Part shown: positions 34,503 through 49,300 of the stretch, one piece after another
Numbering within the stretch: the stretch's first letter is position 1
How the letters are laid out: each line of letters opens with the position of its first letter
Assembly (NCBI RefSeq): GCF_000143415.4
Contig: NW_003314263.1
Location: forward strand, 124,001 to 188,000
Origin: Selaginella moellendorffii
Lineage: Eukaryota > Plantae > Lycopodiophyta
Reading direction: 5' to 3'
DNA: 64,000 nt
Translations under genes and position numbers: made by a program
Notes under the pieces: generated by a model
The model's input: the letters and a program-made list of their open reading frames with translations, nothing else
Told to the model about the DNA's origin: nothing
Database searches by the model: none

Positions 34503-37500
34503 TCAGACTGTTATTTTTTGCCTCCAACGCCTATACAATAATCTTGGAATTTCATCACTCTCCACACTATTAGGATTTAAACCCAATAGAAATGCCATCT
34601 CTTCTCTAATACGTCCACGCTCACGTTCAGTGGTCGAAGAACCCATCCGGTTGAGCAGATTATGGAGATGCGGATAGTGCTTGGCTAGACAATATACATG
34701 CCATAAATGATGACTGGTGTCTGTCCGATCAAATGGCTTCTGATATACCGTTCCATCTGTCATTTGGTTGATTTCTGCAGCCACCTCCTGGACTGGCCGG
34801 TTCTCTATCACCATCGCTCCAAGCCGTTTTGCAAGGTCCCCCAGAACATACGGTTTCTTCTCCCTAGTTTCCATACTGCAAGAGATGGGGTGCACTGCAT
34901 ATGTGTGCGTGTTTGCTGCAGTTTTAATCGGCGAGTCATCGATGATGAGGATTTCACTTGACCTAGCAGTCCGGTTCATAACTACAGCCTCTGGCTTGAC
35001 GAAGATGGGCTTGCTACCCCTCACATGGACCATAGTCAAGCAATCCTCCTGCGTTAGGAGAAAGTCAAATGGTAATATTACTCGCGTTTGATCGTGCATC
35101 ATCTGTAGCAACGTTAATGCATTGTGGCGCATCATGGATGTCCAAACTCCCAATTGCAAATTGAACCCGGCCCTCTGTTTTAAGTGTCGCATGGTCATTA
35201 TTAGATCCCGCGGTTTCTCCTGTGTGATTAATGTGAATCTGTCTCTTTTGACCAACTTGCGACTGCAGGCTTTGGAGGGTGCAGTGACATTCGAGGACGA
35301 GCCACGCTCATGGGAGAAAAGGACACTGTTCAGATCAAAAACGATACAGTACTTTCACCGTGACTTTGAAATGAAATGCGTCAGCATAAAAAATGGTACA
35401 AGTCAATTTTACCATCTACAATATTAGCGAATGGTGCTCCCGATGGTCATTCAGAGGGTTTTGGTCAAGGAAACGTGAAGGGCGGAAATACTCTCCTCTG
35501 CAATATGGGGTCAATCGCATCCGATGGCGTGTGGGCACATGCCATTTCAGCTGTAGACTCTGGTACAACTGGCTCAACAGTGGCATGGGGTGGTTCTGAT
35601 GGCGTGTGATCACACGCCATTTCAGCTGGTGCCTCCGTTGGCAAAGTGGACATGACCGAACAGGCAGCAGGGGCGGTGTAGGGAGGTTCCAACGGCGCAT
35701 AGTCAGACGATTGGGCACACATTGAGTCCGTTGGAAATGAGGGTACGACCGGCTCGGCGGCTGGGGCGGCCTCATGCGGGTCCAATGGCGCCTGGTCACT
35801 GTCAGTTGGATACGTGGACAAGATTGACTTAGTGGTATGGGCAGCATCAAGTGGAGCGTGGTCAGCTTGCTTGGCGTTGATATGGATAGTAGCCTCCACC
35901 AGCTCTGATGACTCTTGCAGGCAAGTAGAGTCCACTGGCGGATCCATATGCATGTCCAAATATCTCCCTTCGATTGAGATGGTATCCTCCCTACTGGCTA
36001 CTAAAAACAAACTCATTAGCACATTGAATCAACTATACTGTATTTACCATCAACTGCTATTGAGGAACTAGGACCGATATCACTTGGGCGCACTACTGAT
36101 TCTGAAGGATTGGACATACGTTTCGACCCTTGCTTGGCACTATCCTTCCTCGACACTAAAGGCTAGAGTTTGTATCTTAATTCAACTGAATAATCTCTAC
36201 TTACCATTTCTTCTGCGACCTACATGGACAATGTTAGAAATGGTAAAAGGTTAGGAATGGATGTACTATTATTTACCTGATGGTTTGTCTTGTATGACCT
36301 TCCTCCGCTGCTCTTTGGCCACCTCAGGCTGGCCATCGTCGTCATCATCGTTATTGTCGTTAGTGTGATCGTCACCATTGTGAGGACCATCCAAGTCCTC
36401 TTCGTCCTCCTCTTCTTCGTCCTCCTCTTCTTTGTCCTCCTCTTCTTTGTCCTCCTCTTCGTCCTTCTGCTCTTCCTGCTCATTATCTTTCTCTGGCTCC
36501 TCATCCCCCTCTTGCATTTCTTCCATAGGCTGCTCAGGCTGGATGGCTTGTTTTTCCAGGACCATCTTGGGAAAATCATCTGGCCGAGTCTCCATCTCAA
36601 AATACAAGACATCCATAGCCTGTTTTAGTGCTTGACCTAGAACCGTATCCTCACCCGACTGTCTTAACATGGTTTTTGCACGTTGCACCCTTCAAAGACG
36701 ACGAGATGAGAAAAACGTGGCCCTGACTTGAAAAGCATCCCTCATCCATTGTACCTCTCCATTGAGATTGGGGAAGGGGAGTCCGCCATAGGAATCTGAG
36801 TCAGGAGGTGGTGACTGGCTCCTTTCACTCAGCCCTTGATCTGCAATGAATGGCATGAGCACACACGCCATAACCGCGAGGCATTACCTATCATCTTTTC
36901 GTTGCCCTTCTTCCTTTTCGAATCAAACGCCTCTGATCCCAATGACTGTCCAACGTGCTTTCGCTTTTTATGACCACTGTCAGTTTGAGCTTGGCTGGTG
37001 CTTGCCTGTTTTGCCTTTGAAGAAGTGTCTCCTGCAAGGAATGGCATGAGACCACACGCCATTGCAAATATAATTTGTACCTCCTTTTTTCCTATTGCTT
37101 GTTTGTTTGTCCTTCTTCGACGCGCCACCAGTGCGCTTTTCAGTCCTCGTGTCTGAATATTCACAACGATCTATAATCAAAATGGCATGAGGCCTCACGT
37201 GACCTTACCTTGTGCAGGTTGTGAGCTCGGCCTAACATCAGTAGCTGTTAACGCCGTTTCAGCATCTGGGGGTGGCCACGCTCCTGCATACAGAGCTTGT
37301 GAGATAACATTTAAACTTCAAGTGCGTACTCACCAGGTTCATAGAGAAGATATTGTTTTTCTTTGGCAACTGTAATTATATGCTCCATTGAAGTCACCTC
37401 TTCAATGGAGTTTGTCACCGCAACACACGGGACACCCTTGAGTAGTGCGGCTCGAAAGAATAGTCCGCCGCAGTTGTACTCGACAACGCATTTGCCCTTG

Positions 37501-40098
37501 GAGTCACCCGCTATTGCGTTGAAGACCCAGCTGAGCATTTCCCATGCTGCACCTGGAGCTTTCTTTGGATTCGAAAGCTCCATAGCCGTCTTCAGTTCCT
37601 CAGGCACGGGTAAATTGACCTCCCTTAGATCAATTCGATCAGCCTTGTCGAACGAAGCTGGGAAGTCACTCCAGTCCCACTCTGCTGCAGGACCAATAAC
37701 AAGGGCGAGTGTGAAGATGCGGACATTCGTCGGTATCTTCTTCTTAGCCATTATCCCATGGATCTCCCGCATCTCCTTGCCTTTCAACCGAGCCTTCATC
37801 TTGTTCAAGGCCTTCCAGAACTTGTGATAGGATTCGGAGTCGTAGATCATATAGTGGACTGAAGATTCCACCTCCGCAAGTCCCACCATTAAGTCAATGA
37901 TAAAGCTGACTTCGTCTGCATGAGTGATCTCCTCGTTTGTGAAGTCCATCACACAAAAGATGTTCTTGACCTGCTCATCTCCGCGGGAAACGATGCTCCT
38001 CCACCTTTGATCCTCATCCGAATTCACGTATACCCGGTAAGGTTCTCGATAGGCCTCTGTTGCGGGGTCGAGCTGTTTCTGAAGCCGGCGGTCAACATCC
38101 CTCTTAATGAAATTTGGATACTGATCCAACTTTTCAGCTTTACTTTTCATGGCATCCCGCAGCAGATCGATGAACTTGGGGGCCCCCTTCACGTACTCGT
38201 CGATGTCTTCATTTGACAAGTCCAGCTCTTCCATCATCTCTTGCGTGGTGTCGATGCTCACCCTCGCCACGGCCACTTGCTCGAAGATCCAATCCTTCAA
38301 TAGCGCACGAGCTCTCAGAGTCGTGCACAAGTCCTCGTATGTCACAATATGGCCGGGAGTCATTTTGGTCTTGTTGAAGACTACCTCACCACGTAGAAGA
38401 GCATTAGCCACTGTCAGAAGGTCGTCGTCGTCTAGAGACCGCGAGAAACGCAAGGCGTTGAGCTTCAAATCATTGGGCTTCCGGCCGTCCTCCACACCCA
38501 TTGAGTTTAGCAACTCCCCGTCATGGTACCTCCTCAGCACATCTACCCATTTGTCAAAAACAACTTTTGTCGCGAGTAGAATGTTATGGATGCTGAGTGT
38601 GTCATTGACCCCCAGTGTTTTCGAGAGAAGACTCGAGAATTCCTGCAATGGAAATGGCGTGAGGCCACGAGGCTTACCTGCCAGGCGCTAGTTGCTAGTG
38701 CACGTCCTTGTCCTGGTTTTTGTGGCTTCTTCAGTTGAACCCAGAGCTTCCGTGTTCGTGCCAATGTCTCGTGCAGACCCGATTTGTAGCACGTTTCTTG
38801 CTTGACATTCTGCGCGTGGGAGATGTATATGATAGATCGGAGGGGCGAGTTGCCTTTTATCAGGCGGACAACTCTTGTCTTGAAGACTTTCTTCACCTCC
38901 TCGCCCACCATAATATCCACAACTATCTGTTGCATCGCCAAGCTAGAATGCTGCCCGGAGACGGCATAGAACCGGATGTTCTGATCGTCCAACACCTTCC
39001 TATTGATCAAGTCTGGAAACCTCATCTCGCCCTTCATTGTTCGGTAGTAGGGGATCACGTCTGCGATGTCGGGTGTTACTGGACTTGCCAGCATCTTCTG
39101 CTTCAGTTTCTCCACCCACTCATCAGATACTAGCCTGTGGTTGTATTTGCTTTGGATCTCGATACGGCTCACGTCGATTGTATATACTTTGTTGGAATAG
39201 TAACAAGTACTATTATCTGCGACGATTTTTGCTGCCTCTTCTTGCTCTTTCTGCTCTTTGCGGCTCTTCTTTTTGGTGGGTGTAGTGTTCGAACCCGAGG
39301 CAATGGCATCACCGAGTAGCTTCTTTTTTGGAGCAGCAGAGTCGGACGTCGGCTTGAGCTTGACCACCCTTTTCTGCTTCGGGGTAGTTTCCAGATCGAC
39401 CCCCTTCCCCTTCGCTTCGCGAACTGGAGGCCCTCTCAACGGCTCAATGTTGGAATATAGTTTTTGAACATCGCCGTAGGTGAGGTCCGTGGATTCCATG
39501 TGATCTTCATAGACCCGCAACGTCTTTGAAATTGTGGGCCTCCTGGACAACCTCTCCCTAGCTCCCTCTAGGAGTTCCTCATAGCCGCTGCCCCCCTCCG
39601 GGAAGCCACTAGGATGTGCAAGGTGGATCTTGAAGGCGGACGCTGTCTCTACCACAAGTGCCAGTCCATATTCTTGCATGGAACTGCATGGAGTGTCTGT
39701 CACTTGGATGAGGATCCCCATGCATTCTTTTCTCCCACCATCTGTGTTGTACAGCATCAGATCCTCGCCTTCCATCCCGAAAGTCCAACTGGTGAGCTCC
39801 TCCCCCTTCTTTGCATCCACATTAACAGTGGCTGGAAGAAGAAGGCAATTCCTCGCCTGTTCAGAAATGCACAACAATTAGAGTTGATAGATGAAAAGCT
39901 AGCAGTTGGAAATAACGTGAGGCCACACGCCATTCACCACTGCATCAGATGTCTTGAGGCTGCATCCTAAGATGGCGTGAGGCTACACGCCATCTATAAC
40001 CGGACTGCACTCGAGAGCCCAATCGGTGCATGCCAATGTTGCTACTGAATGGCATGTGGCCTCATGCCATTTTCTACTTGGCCTAAAAGACTTACCAT
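34503..40098 (-). pseudogene. Cargo gene of copy 2 (ParB-like / MTase-like / HAD), damaged
   Basis: Colinear with 15472-21077. The last acceptor is changed AG>AA, with a CGA>TGA stop near 35357. The 54-nt intron is shortened to 35 nt near 38665. The HAD codon that is TAG in copy 1 is CAG here. Confidence 0.8.
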
Positions 40099-41556
40099 TT
40101 AAAGCCGAATGGAGGCCGTGACAATCGAGGCTGGACTCGCTGGCGAATGTGCACTGTGTGTGCAGCGGATCGTAGCAGCAAGGCTACTCTGCCACTTATA
40201 GTTGAAGAGTGGCGCTGAAATCTCCCGGGACGCCAAGTGGGCTGCGTGTGGGTGGCGGAGTGGGCGGCGGAGTTGGCGGCGAAGTTACAAACTGGGTGTG
40301 TCTTGAAGTGGACGCCGATGCACACGAGCTCGATGCGAGCGCGAGTGTGATGCAAGCGCGAGTGGACGCCGATGCACACGAGAAACCTGTAGAGAAGGTA
40401 GATGAGCGCGAATGTGAGCGTGATCGCGAGTGGGAGCACGATGCGAGCGCGAGTGTGCGAGCGTGAGTACAAAGCAAAATGCAAAACCTAACCTCACACG
40501 CGCGAAATGTCACAACGGTTGGTAATCCCGCCACGTCATCATTCCTCGGACTTGGGCGCCACCATTAATTTCTGGATTGCCGCGCGCATGCAAGCACGCA
40601 AAATCCAAAAGAAATCCGCAACGTCATCATTCATCGGACTGCATGCACGCGAAATCCAAAAGAAAGATCATGATTGGGATATCATTTAATACCCTCGCTA
40701 TATTTATACCATGCATGATTGGATATTCCAAAGCATCTTGTATTTCCAAAAATGGCAGATGTTCAGCTAAATAAAGAAATTTTATCTGTTTCTATTTTTC
40801 TCTCAAATCAATATTATAGTGTGTGGGCTCATGCAATTTTGAACCAAAGAAACCCAACAAACGTTGGACCCAAAATATTTTGAAAAAACCCAAAAAACCC
40901 TAAACATTTTAAACCCAAAAATCCAGGCGTCCTGTGGCGTTATTCCTTGAATGGCATGTGGGCGCATGCCATTTTCAGGGCCAAATGCTGAATGGAGAAA
41001 AATTCCCTTTCAGTGCAAATGCTGCAAGAAGCAGATGCCGAGCACAAAGGACTGTAACTACCTCACATGACACAGATAAACTTTTCTCTATTTGGCAAAG
41101 ATAAACTTTATAGCGTGTGGGCTCATGCAATTTTGAACCCAAAAAATGCACCAAAAAATTCTCGGCGTCATCTGGTGTTATCTCTTGAATGGCGTGGGGC
41201 CGCATGCCATTTTCAGGGGCACATAGAAGTATATTCCTAGAATATTCTGACACGCGCAAGATTTTTTTGAGTTTTCTGGAGATCCAACCGTTAGATCGCA
41301 ACTAGATTTTACAGAATGGTATACAATGTCTTTCTTGATGACCCTGCAAAGAAGCATCTCGATCGGACACCACATGAGACCACACGAGCCTTACAATGTT
41401 TCAGGGGCATTTGCCATAGATCCGACCGTTATTTTGCTCCAAGATTTTACAGTTTGGTGTGCATTGACCTTTCCATCGACACTGCAAAGGGACATCACAA
41501 TCAGATGCGGGATCACAAGAAACTAACTTCACTAACTCTGGTTTCACCAAGATCTA

Positions 41557-44500
41557 TGGAGAAAGAGTCTATGGAAAAAGAGACAAAAGAATCGAGAAGT
41601 GAAAAAGGAAGAGATAGAAAAAGAGAAACTAGAACAACAACAGCAACAAATTTTAGAAACAATATTAGAGAAGTACGACAAGGAGGATAAAGAAATTCAA
41701 GTTGCCGAGTCGAGCAACTTAGCCAAAGATAACAAAGAACTAAATAGTGAAGATGCCCCAAAGTTTGAGGCATTTGAAGAAGCCAAATACATAGCACTAA
41801 AGTTTTACTCCAATCCAGACTCACCAGAACAACAACTTCACCAACAAAGTCTACAATTTCAAATGGCAATCATTAACCCAGCGACAGCCATAGGGAACAT
41901 GATTTCCTATCCCATTTTTACTGGTGGAAAAACCAAAGATGCGAACCAGCATCTTAAACAATTTGATCAAATTGTAAAGATGAACAAACAGGAAATGCAT
42001 TGAGAAATACTTTTCCCATACACACTTAAAGGAAAAGCACTCGATTGGCATAATACACTCGATGATGCTTTGACCCATGATGAAAAGGTCACACAATTCA
42101 AGAAGCAATTCCAGACCGGTGGAACTCCAAAAGAACACTATGAGATCATCAAAAACTTCAAGCAAAAATCACGTGAAGGAATTCAAGATTACACTCGAAG
42201 ATTTAAGTTTCATGCAAAGCGCTGCAAGGATTTGATAACAGATAAAGGAAAGAGCTTATCCTATATCCAAGGACTAAAAGAAATCTATAGAAACATGGTA
42301 GCAATTGCTGCTGCAACAGAGAATCCAGACGATGAAAGTGTTGATACACTCTCCAAAGAAATCCTCACATTGGAAAAGAGATTCAAGCAATTCACAAAAG
42401 CTATACCTTCACAAACTGATGACGGTTCAGATGATGAAGAAGAGGAAGAAATACGCATTAAGACAAAGAAGAAAACACCAAAAGACCAAAACTTGAAGGA
42501 TATAATCAGGAAAATCTCACAAACCGAACTCAAAGCAGGAGTGTGGTGTACAAAGTGTAAAAACGAGGGACATACATATTTGGAATGCAAATTACAGCTT
42601 CCAAAGTGTCAGATTTGTGAAAGAGAAGGCCATACAGCCAAGAAATGCCGATACAGGAATACAATGGAAGGTTCAAGAATCGAGAATGCTCCTCAACAAG
42701 AGCCTAATCCTCAATATCAAGGAAACTGGAATCAAAACGCGCAACCACCACGAAATCAACCTCCAAGATATAACAATTATTATCAACGTGATGATAATTC
42801 GTATAATCAAAGACAAAACTATTACCAGCGAGACAATAGCAACTACAATAGAATACCCCCTCAAGATCAAAGACCAAACAACTATACTGGAAATTATGGA
42901 AGAAACTACAATACATATCAGCAACGTGATGGACCTCAGGACAACTATCAATGTCCTCCCCCACGAAATTACAATTATGATCAAGAACCATATCGGAATT
43001 ATAATCAAAGACCACCCCAGGCTCAAGGTTACAATTACAACCAGCAACCTGCACTGCAGCAAGATAATCGTCCTCGACAACTTTACCAAAATGCAAATCG
43101 CGAAAATAACCAAGGAGTAAACAATCAGGCTCCGAGGCCAAGACCACCAGCAGCACGGAATGTTGAGGTGGAAATTGACGAACCACAAACTTTTGAAGAA
43201 CCAGCAATACGAACTATCACGAGACAACAATACAAGTCTCAACAACCAGATAATTTGGAAGAACAAGATCATGATGATGAACTGGAAATTATCCCAGAAA
43301 CCGAATGGAAGAAAAGCAAGAAAATACTACAAGCAATTCAAGCTGAATTGCAAGCACAAGATCCAGAAACAATCAAAGAACACGACAAACAATCAAACAA
43401 TCAAGAAACAAGAAGTTTTACCCAAGAGGAGCTGGCACCTGTTCAGCAGAAAGAAAAGTTTCATGTGGAAGAGCAAGCTGAAGCAAGGTTGAAGCAAAAC
43501 CTGGTGGAAGATGAACAGCCTGATCAGATTGAGCAACCAGCAGACGAAGATGAAGACCTGCAGTGGATAAAGGAGTTTCAGACGCAGGAACTTGAGGTGG
43601 TGCTTCCGAAGTTTTGTGAGCAGACGGAGCAGAAGAAAAATTCAGTGCCAGAGTTTGACGTGGAACAGGCAGCAGTTGGTCAAGCTGGCTTGGAGCAGAA
43701 AGCTGTTGTGAAGAAGAAAGAAGAAGATGTTAGACAACAAAGAGGTGTAGAAGTTCAGAACCTTGTGGAGCAGCCATCAAGAGGAGCCGTATACCCAGGC
43801 CAAAGTTTGAACTTGAAGGTGGCTGGTGTGAAGTTGGTGAAGAGACGAGGAAGTGTGTTTCTCAGGTTCTGGTGGGACAGAGGCAAGCTGGTTTCATCCT
43901 TTGTAGCTCTGTAGGAGTAGAGGAAGTAAGTAGTAAAGCAGCAAAACTGAAAGCCGTCCAGGAGAAGTCATGGCTGTTTCAAGTCGGATGTTTAAAGTTT
44001 CGCAAAGAGGCGTGTGTGCAACTGATCTCAGGAAGAAGCTGGTCAAATTCAGATCACAAGACTTTGAGGAAGCAGCTCAGACTTATGAAGAGGAGGAAGA
44101 GGAGGAGGAGCCACATGAGGGAGCAGCTACCCACGATGCAGCAATGGAGTAGTGACTGCGGGACGCAGCACAAGGCAGTCATGGGAGAGTGGAGAAGGGA
44201 GAAAAAGACAAGCTCGAGGATTCAAGCTTAGGAAAGTAAACTTGAGAGGTTCAAGGTTAGCACTGTGTTCCTAACCTTGACGTGAGTAGTAGCGACTATA
44301 AAAGTAGGACTTAGAATGTTTTTAGACTCATCCCTAATACAAAATACATTGCAATACATAATCATTCTGCCTATCTCTTTGGCTTTTCATGGCAATGTCT
44401 TACTTACCCACCGCCTTCAAGGGATCAAAGGCGTGGGACTAGCACCTTCAAGCAGTTGTTCACATTCTCTACTTAGCTTGGCACAAGCAGGTAAGTGCAC

Positions 44501-44607
44501 TCTTCTTGTAGTGTAGTTTTAGTTTTAGGGACTAGATTAGATTTGAAACTCCTAGGAAGATCTCGTGTGGATGTTTCCTCCCAGTTTAGAGATTCGAGGA
44601 GTTTTCA
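41557..44607 (+). mobile_element. 3.05 kb retroelement-derived insertion with frameshifted gag and two CCHC knuckles, no pol and no paired LTRs
   Basis: TG...CA ends. 5-bp TSD ATCTA at 41552-41556 and 44608-44612. Empty sites at ~22545 and ~47752. Motifs PIFTG...HLKQF, FSHTLKGKALDW, CTKCKNEGHTYLEC and CQICEREGHTAKKC. Confidence 0.88.
42070..43914 (+). pseudogene. gag-like ORF (N-terminal part in ~41860-42000 in another frame)
   Basis: Retrotransposon gag core, zinc knuckles and a Q/N/Y-rich region; frameshift near 42000. Confidence 0.75.
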
Positions 44608-46240
44608 ATCTACATAAGGAGTTATGAAATGAAAGGACCCTCTCTATTGAAATGTGTTTATGGTCCTAGGGGCATTGTGACATATGAAAGGATTTTGCAT
44701 CAAGTTCTGTATTTGCATGTTTATCAAGCTACTGAATTGCTAAACCCTAAACCCTAAACCCTAAACATGTGGCAAATTCTGCGTGAAGAAAGATGCCCTT
44801 TCTGGGCAAATGCTGTAAGAGGCAGATGCCGAGCAGATGTATCTCAGGCTAGCGAAGGGGACAAACGAAAGCTAGCTATAAACATGACAGGATGCAAATA
44901 GATTACTAGGCTGGTCCTATGAAAATCAAAAACCATAATTGAAAACATTGAAAATGCAAAAAGAAAGGTTTATAATATTTTTGAATTTTAAGCAACCAAA
45001 GGAATGTAAGTAGGGCATGTGTTTGTAAGTTTAAAAATGCCTCAACCACTTAAATTCCCAAGTAAATAAAGCTGTTTCTATTTTTGGTACAGGTAAACTT
45101 TATAGCGTATGGGCTCATGCAATTTTGAACCCAAAAATGCACCAAAAAATGCTCGACTAGGATTATTCTTTGAATGGCGTGTGGCCTTATATTGCCATAA
45201 ATGGACGTACACACACAGCATAATTATTCCTTTACACGGCGAATAATCTTGGTGCGGATCGCTGACATGGCATGGCAAAGTTTGAATCACTGACATGGCA
45301 CAGCTGGATCGAGGCAAGGACATGATGTGACAAAGTTCAACCTCCGACAGCAAAGTCTAGAAGCTACTCAGTTTGAAATTTGTCAGAGGAATCATAAAAT
45401 CTGGTTTGTCAGAGGATTTGATGTGACGTTCAAGCGTGTGTTATTTTTGAATTCTCAAACTCATTCCTAGGTCTATCATTTTTGTGCGCCATATTCTTGG
45501 TTCCGCTGAGTGCAGTGAGCGCTGCTTGTGTAAGCGGCGTTGTGGGCTGTGGTTTATGCGTCTACGAGCAGTTGCGGCATTGCGAGCGCCATTGCGAGCG
45601 GCAGTTTATGCGAGTGGCAGTTTGTGCGAGCGGCGCTACGAGCAGTTGTGGTGTTGCGAGCGGCGCTACGAGTAGTTGCGGTGTTGCGAGCGGCACTGTC
45701 TTTGGTGTGGCTACCGCTTCCTCTTGATATTTGGCACTTGTGCTTCCTGGTATGTTCACCATGGAATGGCTTAGGACCACATTTAGAAATGGCATTAGGC
45801 CACATGCCAATTTTGGGCCTTTGCAATTTCATGGCTAACGTATTGTCATGTATGTTTTTACTTGCCTGCAGCTGTGTGTATATCAAGATGGCATGAGGCC
45901 TCATGCCATCTTTGGCCCCTGCTAGCCTATTGCCATATTCATTTTGCTTTGTGACTACTGGAATGATTTTTCATGTTATTGAGGTTGTTTGGCATGTTAT
46001 TATTTACGCCATTCTCCAATCATTTTTTTTATGGTCTTAGCTTCTTATCTGCACTTTAAAAATGGCCTTCACGTGTGATGAAAAGGCTTACATTTTGAAT
46101 GGGGTTAACACAGTTGCAAAAGGGACCCTTGTTTCTATGGATCGGAACTTTGTTATACACTGTCAAAGGCTTGTCTTATGATTTAGGCCATTCTCCAATC
46201 ATTTTTTTTATGGTCTTAACTTCTTTTCTGCACTTTCAGA

Positions 46241-47566
46241 ATGGCCTTCAGGGTTGGGGAAAAGGTTTACATTTTGAATGGTGGGAAGAGAGTTGCAAAA
46301 GGGACCCTTGTGTCTATGGATCGGAACTTTGTTATACACTGTCAAAGGCTTGGGGAAGGCAATGCTGCTGTATCAGTAGAGATTGTCTTCGATGGGAATG
46401 TGGTCGCTATTGAACGAGGAGAGATGGTCGTCGGGGTAAATGTTGTTGTTGCCTTGAAAAATCTTCAGAAGAAAGCAGATGTTAGGGACAGCGCAAGTGC
46501 GACGCATGTTCCCTCCGTGGATCTTAAAAACCGTGCTACATGGATTCAGGCGAAGGTGTTTCTAAACAACCCCGAGGGGGAGGTGGTAGCTGAGGGCTTA
46601 GCCACAATTGTCGATCCAAGAGATGCGGTTGCTAATCAAGAATTGGGCTGGGATGATATTGGAGTTGCGATTTTAGAGGTTGTTGACACAGAAGAAAATA
46701 GTCTGACTATTGGAAGCATTGTGCGGTGGAAATTGAGGCACTTAGTGTTTGAGAATGTGAAGGATTCACAATCAAACACCACTACAACTGATGACAGAAC
46801 ATCTCTTCATGGGAAAAGAAAGCACACCTTCCTAAAGCGCAGCGAAAGGGATCTGAGCAATGAACCGAAAATGCAGAAAATGGCGATGGAGGTTCGAATG
46901 GTCTCGACAGTTGCTTCTTGCAAGAGGAGGTGCTGTCAACATGCTGATTGGGATGCTATTGAAGAGGAGAGAGCAAGATACAAGACATTGTCCTGGAAGG
47001 CAGCTCGCAATTTTGTGTATGAGGCATTACGGTCATCTGTTGATGCTTCAGAACATCAGGTGGGGGGCATGGTCTTCCATAGGGGTTTGGTCTGCATGAA
47101 GGCATGGAGAATCATTTATGGAGTCCCTCGAACCACATTCTACAGAATCAAAACTGAGTTCGAGGAACAAAGGGTTCAACAGGCAATCCATGGGAACGAC
47201 GGTACGCACAAAACCAAGGGTCATGTTGTATATGGAGAGGCAATCTTCAAGAGGTTTGTCGAGACATGTAGCGAGCAGCAACCACATAAAACCCGCCTCT
47301 TGGAAGATGGAACACGAGACACCCAACGAGTTCTCCCTTCCATGTATACCAAGGGGGCCATATTGGAAGATGTGAATCGGGAACTCCAGAGTAATGGCTA
47401 CAGGAAGTTGAGCCAATCTAGATTTAGTAGATTGTGGAGCAACAGGTTCAGGGATGTGAGTATAGGAAAGTACTCCAACTTTTCAAAGTGTGACGAGTGC
47501 ACTGCTATTAAAATGGCTTTGTCGAAGAATTCTTGCAGCGCTCAAGAGCGAGAGACGTTGGTTAGA
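46241..47566 (+). pseudogene. Truncated transposase (N-terminal ~442 aa, lacks the catalytic triad)
   Basis: Near-identical to 24039-25364, then breaks at GGTTAGA|CACCAC into intergenic sequence. Confidence 0.9.
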
Positions 47567-49072
47567 CACCACATGAGACCACACGAGCCTTACAATGTTT
47601 CAGGGGCATTTGCCATAGATCCGACCGTTATTTTGCTCCAAGATTTTACAGTTTGGTGTGCATTGACCTTTCCATCAACACTGCAAAGGGACATCACAAT
47701 CAGATGCGGGATCACAAGAAACTAACTTCACTAACTCTGGTTTCACCAAGATCTACGTAAGGAGTTATGAAATGAAAGGACCCTCTCTATTGAAATGTGT
47801 TTATGGTCCTAGGGGCATTGTGACATATCAAAGGATTTTGCATCAAGTTCTGTATTTGCATGTTTATCAAGCTACTGAATTGCTAAACCCTAAACCCTAA
47901 ACCCTAAACCCTAAACATGTGGCAAATGCTGCGTGAAGAAAGATGCCCTTTCTGGGCAAATGCTGTAAGAGGCAGATGCCGAGCAGATGTATCTCAGGCT
48001 AGCGAAGGGGACAAATGAAAGCTAGCTATAAACATGACGGGATGCAAATAGATTACTAGGCTGGTCCTACGAAAATCAAAAACCATAATTGAAAACATTG
48101 AAAATGCAAAAAGAAAGGTTTATAATATTTTTGAATTTTAAGCAACCAATGGAATGTAAGTAGGGCATGTGTTTGTAAGTTTAAAAATGCCTCAACCACT
48201 TAAATTCCCAAGTAAATAAAGCTGTTTCTATTTTTGGTACAGGTAAACTTTATAGCGTGTGGGCTCATGTAATTTTGAACCAAAAAATGCACCAAAAAAT
48301 GCTCGACTAGCATTATTCTTTGAATGGCGTGTGGCCTTATGTCGAGCATTATTCTTTGAATGGCGTGTGGCCTTATATTGCCATAAATGGACGTACACAC
48401 ACAGCATAATTATTCCTTTACACGGCGAATAATCTTGGCGCGGATCGCTGACATGGCATGGCAAAGTTTGAATCACTGACATGGCACAGCTGGATCGAGG
48501 CAAGGACATGATGTGACAAAGTTCAACCTCCGACAGCAAAGTCTAGAAGCTACTCAGTTTGAAATTTGTCAGAGGAATCATAAGATTTGGTTTGTCAGAG
48601 GATTTGATGTGACGTTCAAGCGTGTGTTATTTTTGAATTCTCGAACTCATTCCTAGGTCTATCATTTTTGTGCGCCGTGTTCTTGGTTCTGCTGAGCGCA
48701 GTGAGCGCTGCTTGTGTAAGCGGCGTTGTGGGCTATGGTTTATGCGTCTACGAGCGGTTGCGGCATTGCGAGTGCCATTGCGAGCGACAGTTTATGCGAG
48801 TGGCAGTTTGTGTGAGCGGCGCTACGAGCAGTTGCGGTGTTGCGAGCGGCGCTACGAGTAGTTGCGGTGTTGCGAGCGGCACTGTCTTTGGTGTGGCTAC
48901 CGCTTCCTCTTGATATTTGGCACTTGTGCTTCCTGGTATGTTCACCATGGAATGGCTTAGGACCACATTTAGAAATGGCATGAGGCCACATGCCATCTTG
49001 GGCCCTTGCAATTTCATGGCTAGCGTATTGTCATGTATGTTTTTACTTGTCTGCAGCTGTGTGTATATCAAG

Positions 49073-49300
49073 ATGGCATGAGGCCTCATGCCATCTTTGG
49101 CCCCTCCTAGCCTATTGCCATATTCCTTTTGCCTTGCTGCAACTGTATATATTTTTGTATGGGTGACTAGTCATGCACACAAAAATATATACAGTTGCAG
49201 CAAGGCAAAAGGAATATAGCAACAGGCTAGCAGGGGCCAAAGATAGTGTGAGGCCTCATGCCATTAGTGGTACCACTAATGGCATGAGGGCTCATGCCAA
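49073..49300. repeat. 192-bp fold-back (49073-49264) plus a second palindrome centred on GGTACC, delimited by three 22-bp motifs
   Basis: Arms pair around TGACTAGTCA (49164-49173). ATGCCATTAGTGGTACCACTAATGGCAT follows. Confidence 0.93.
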
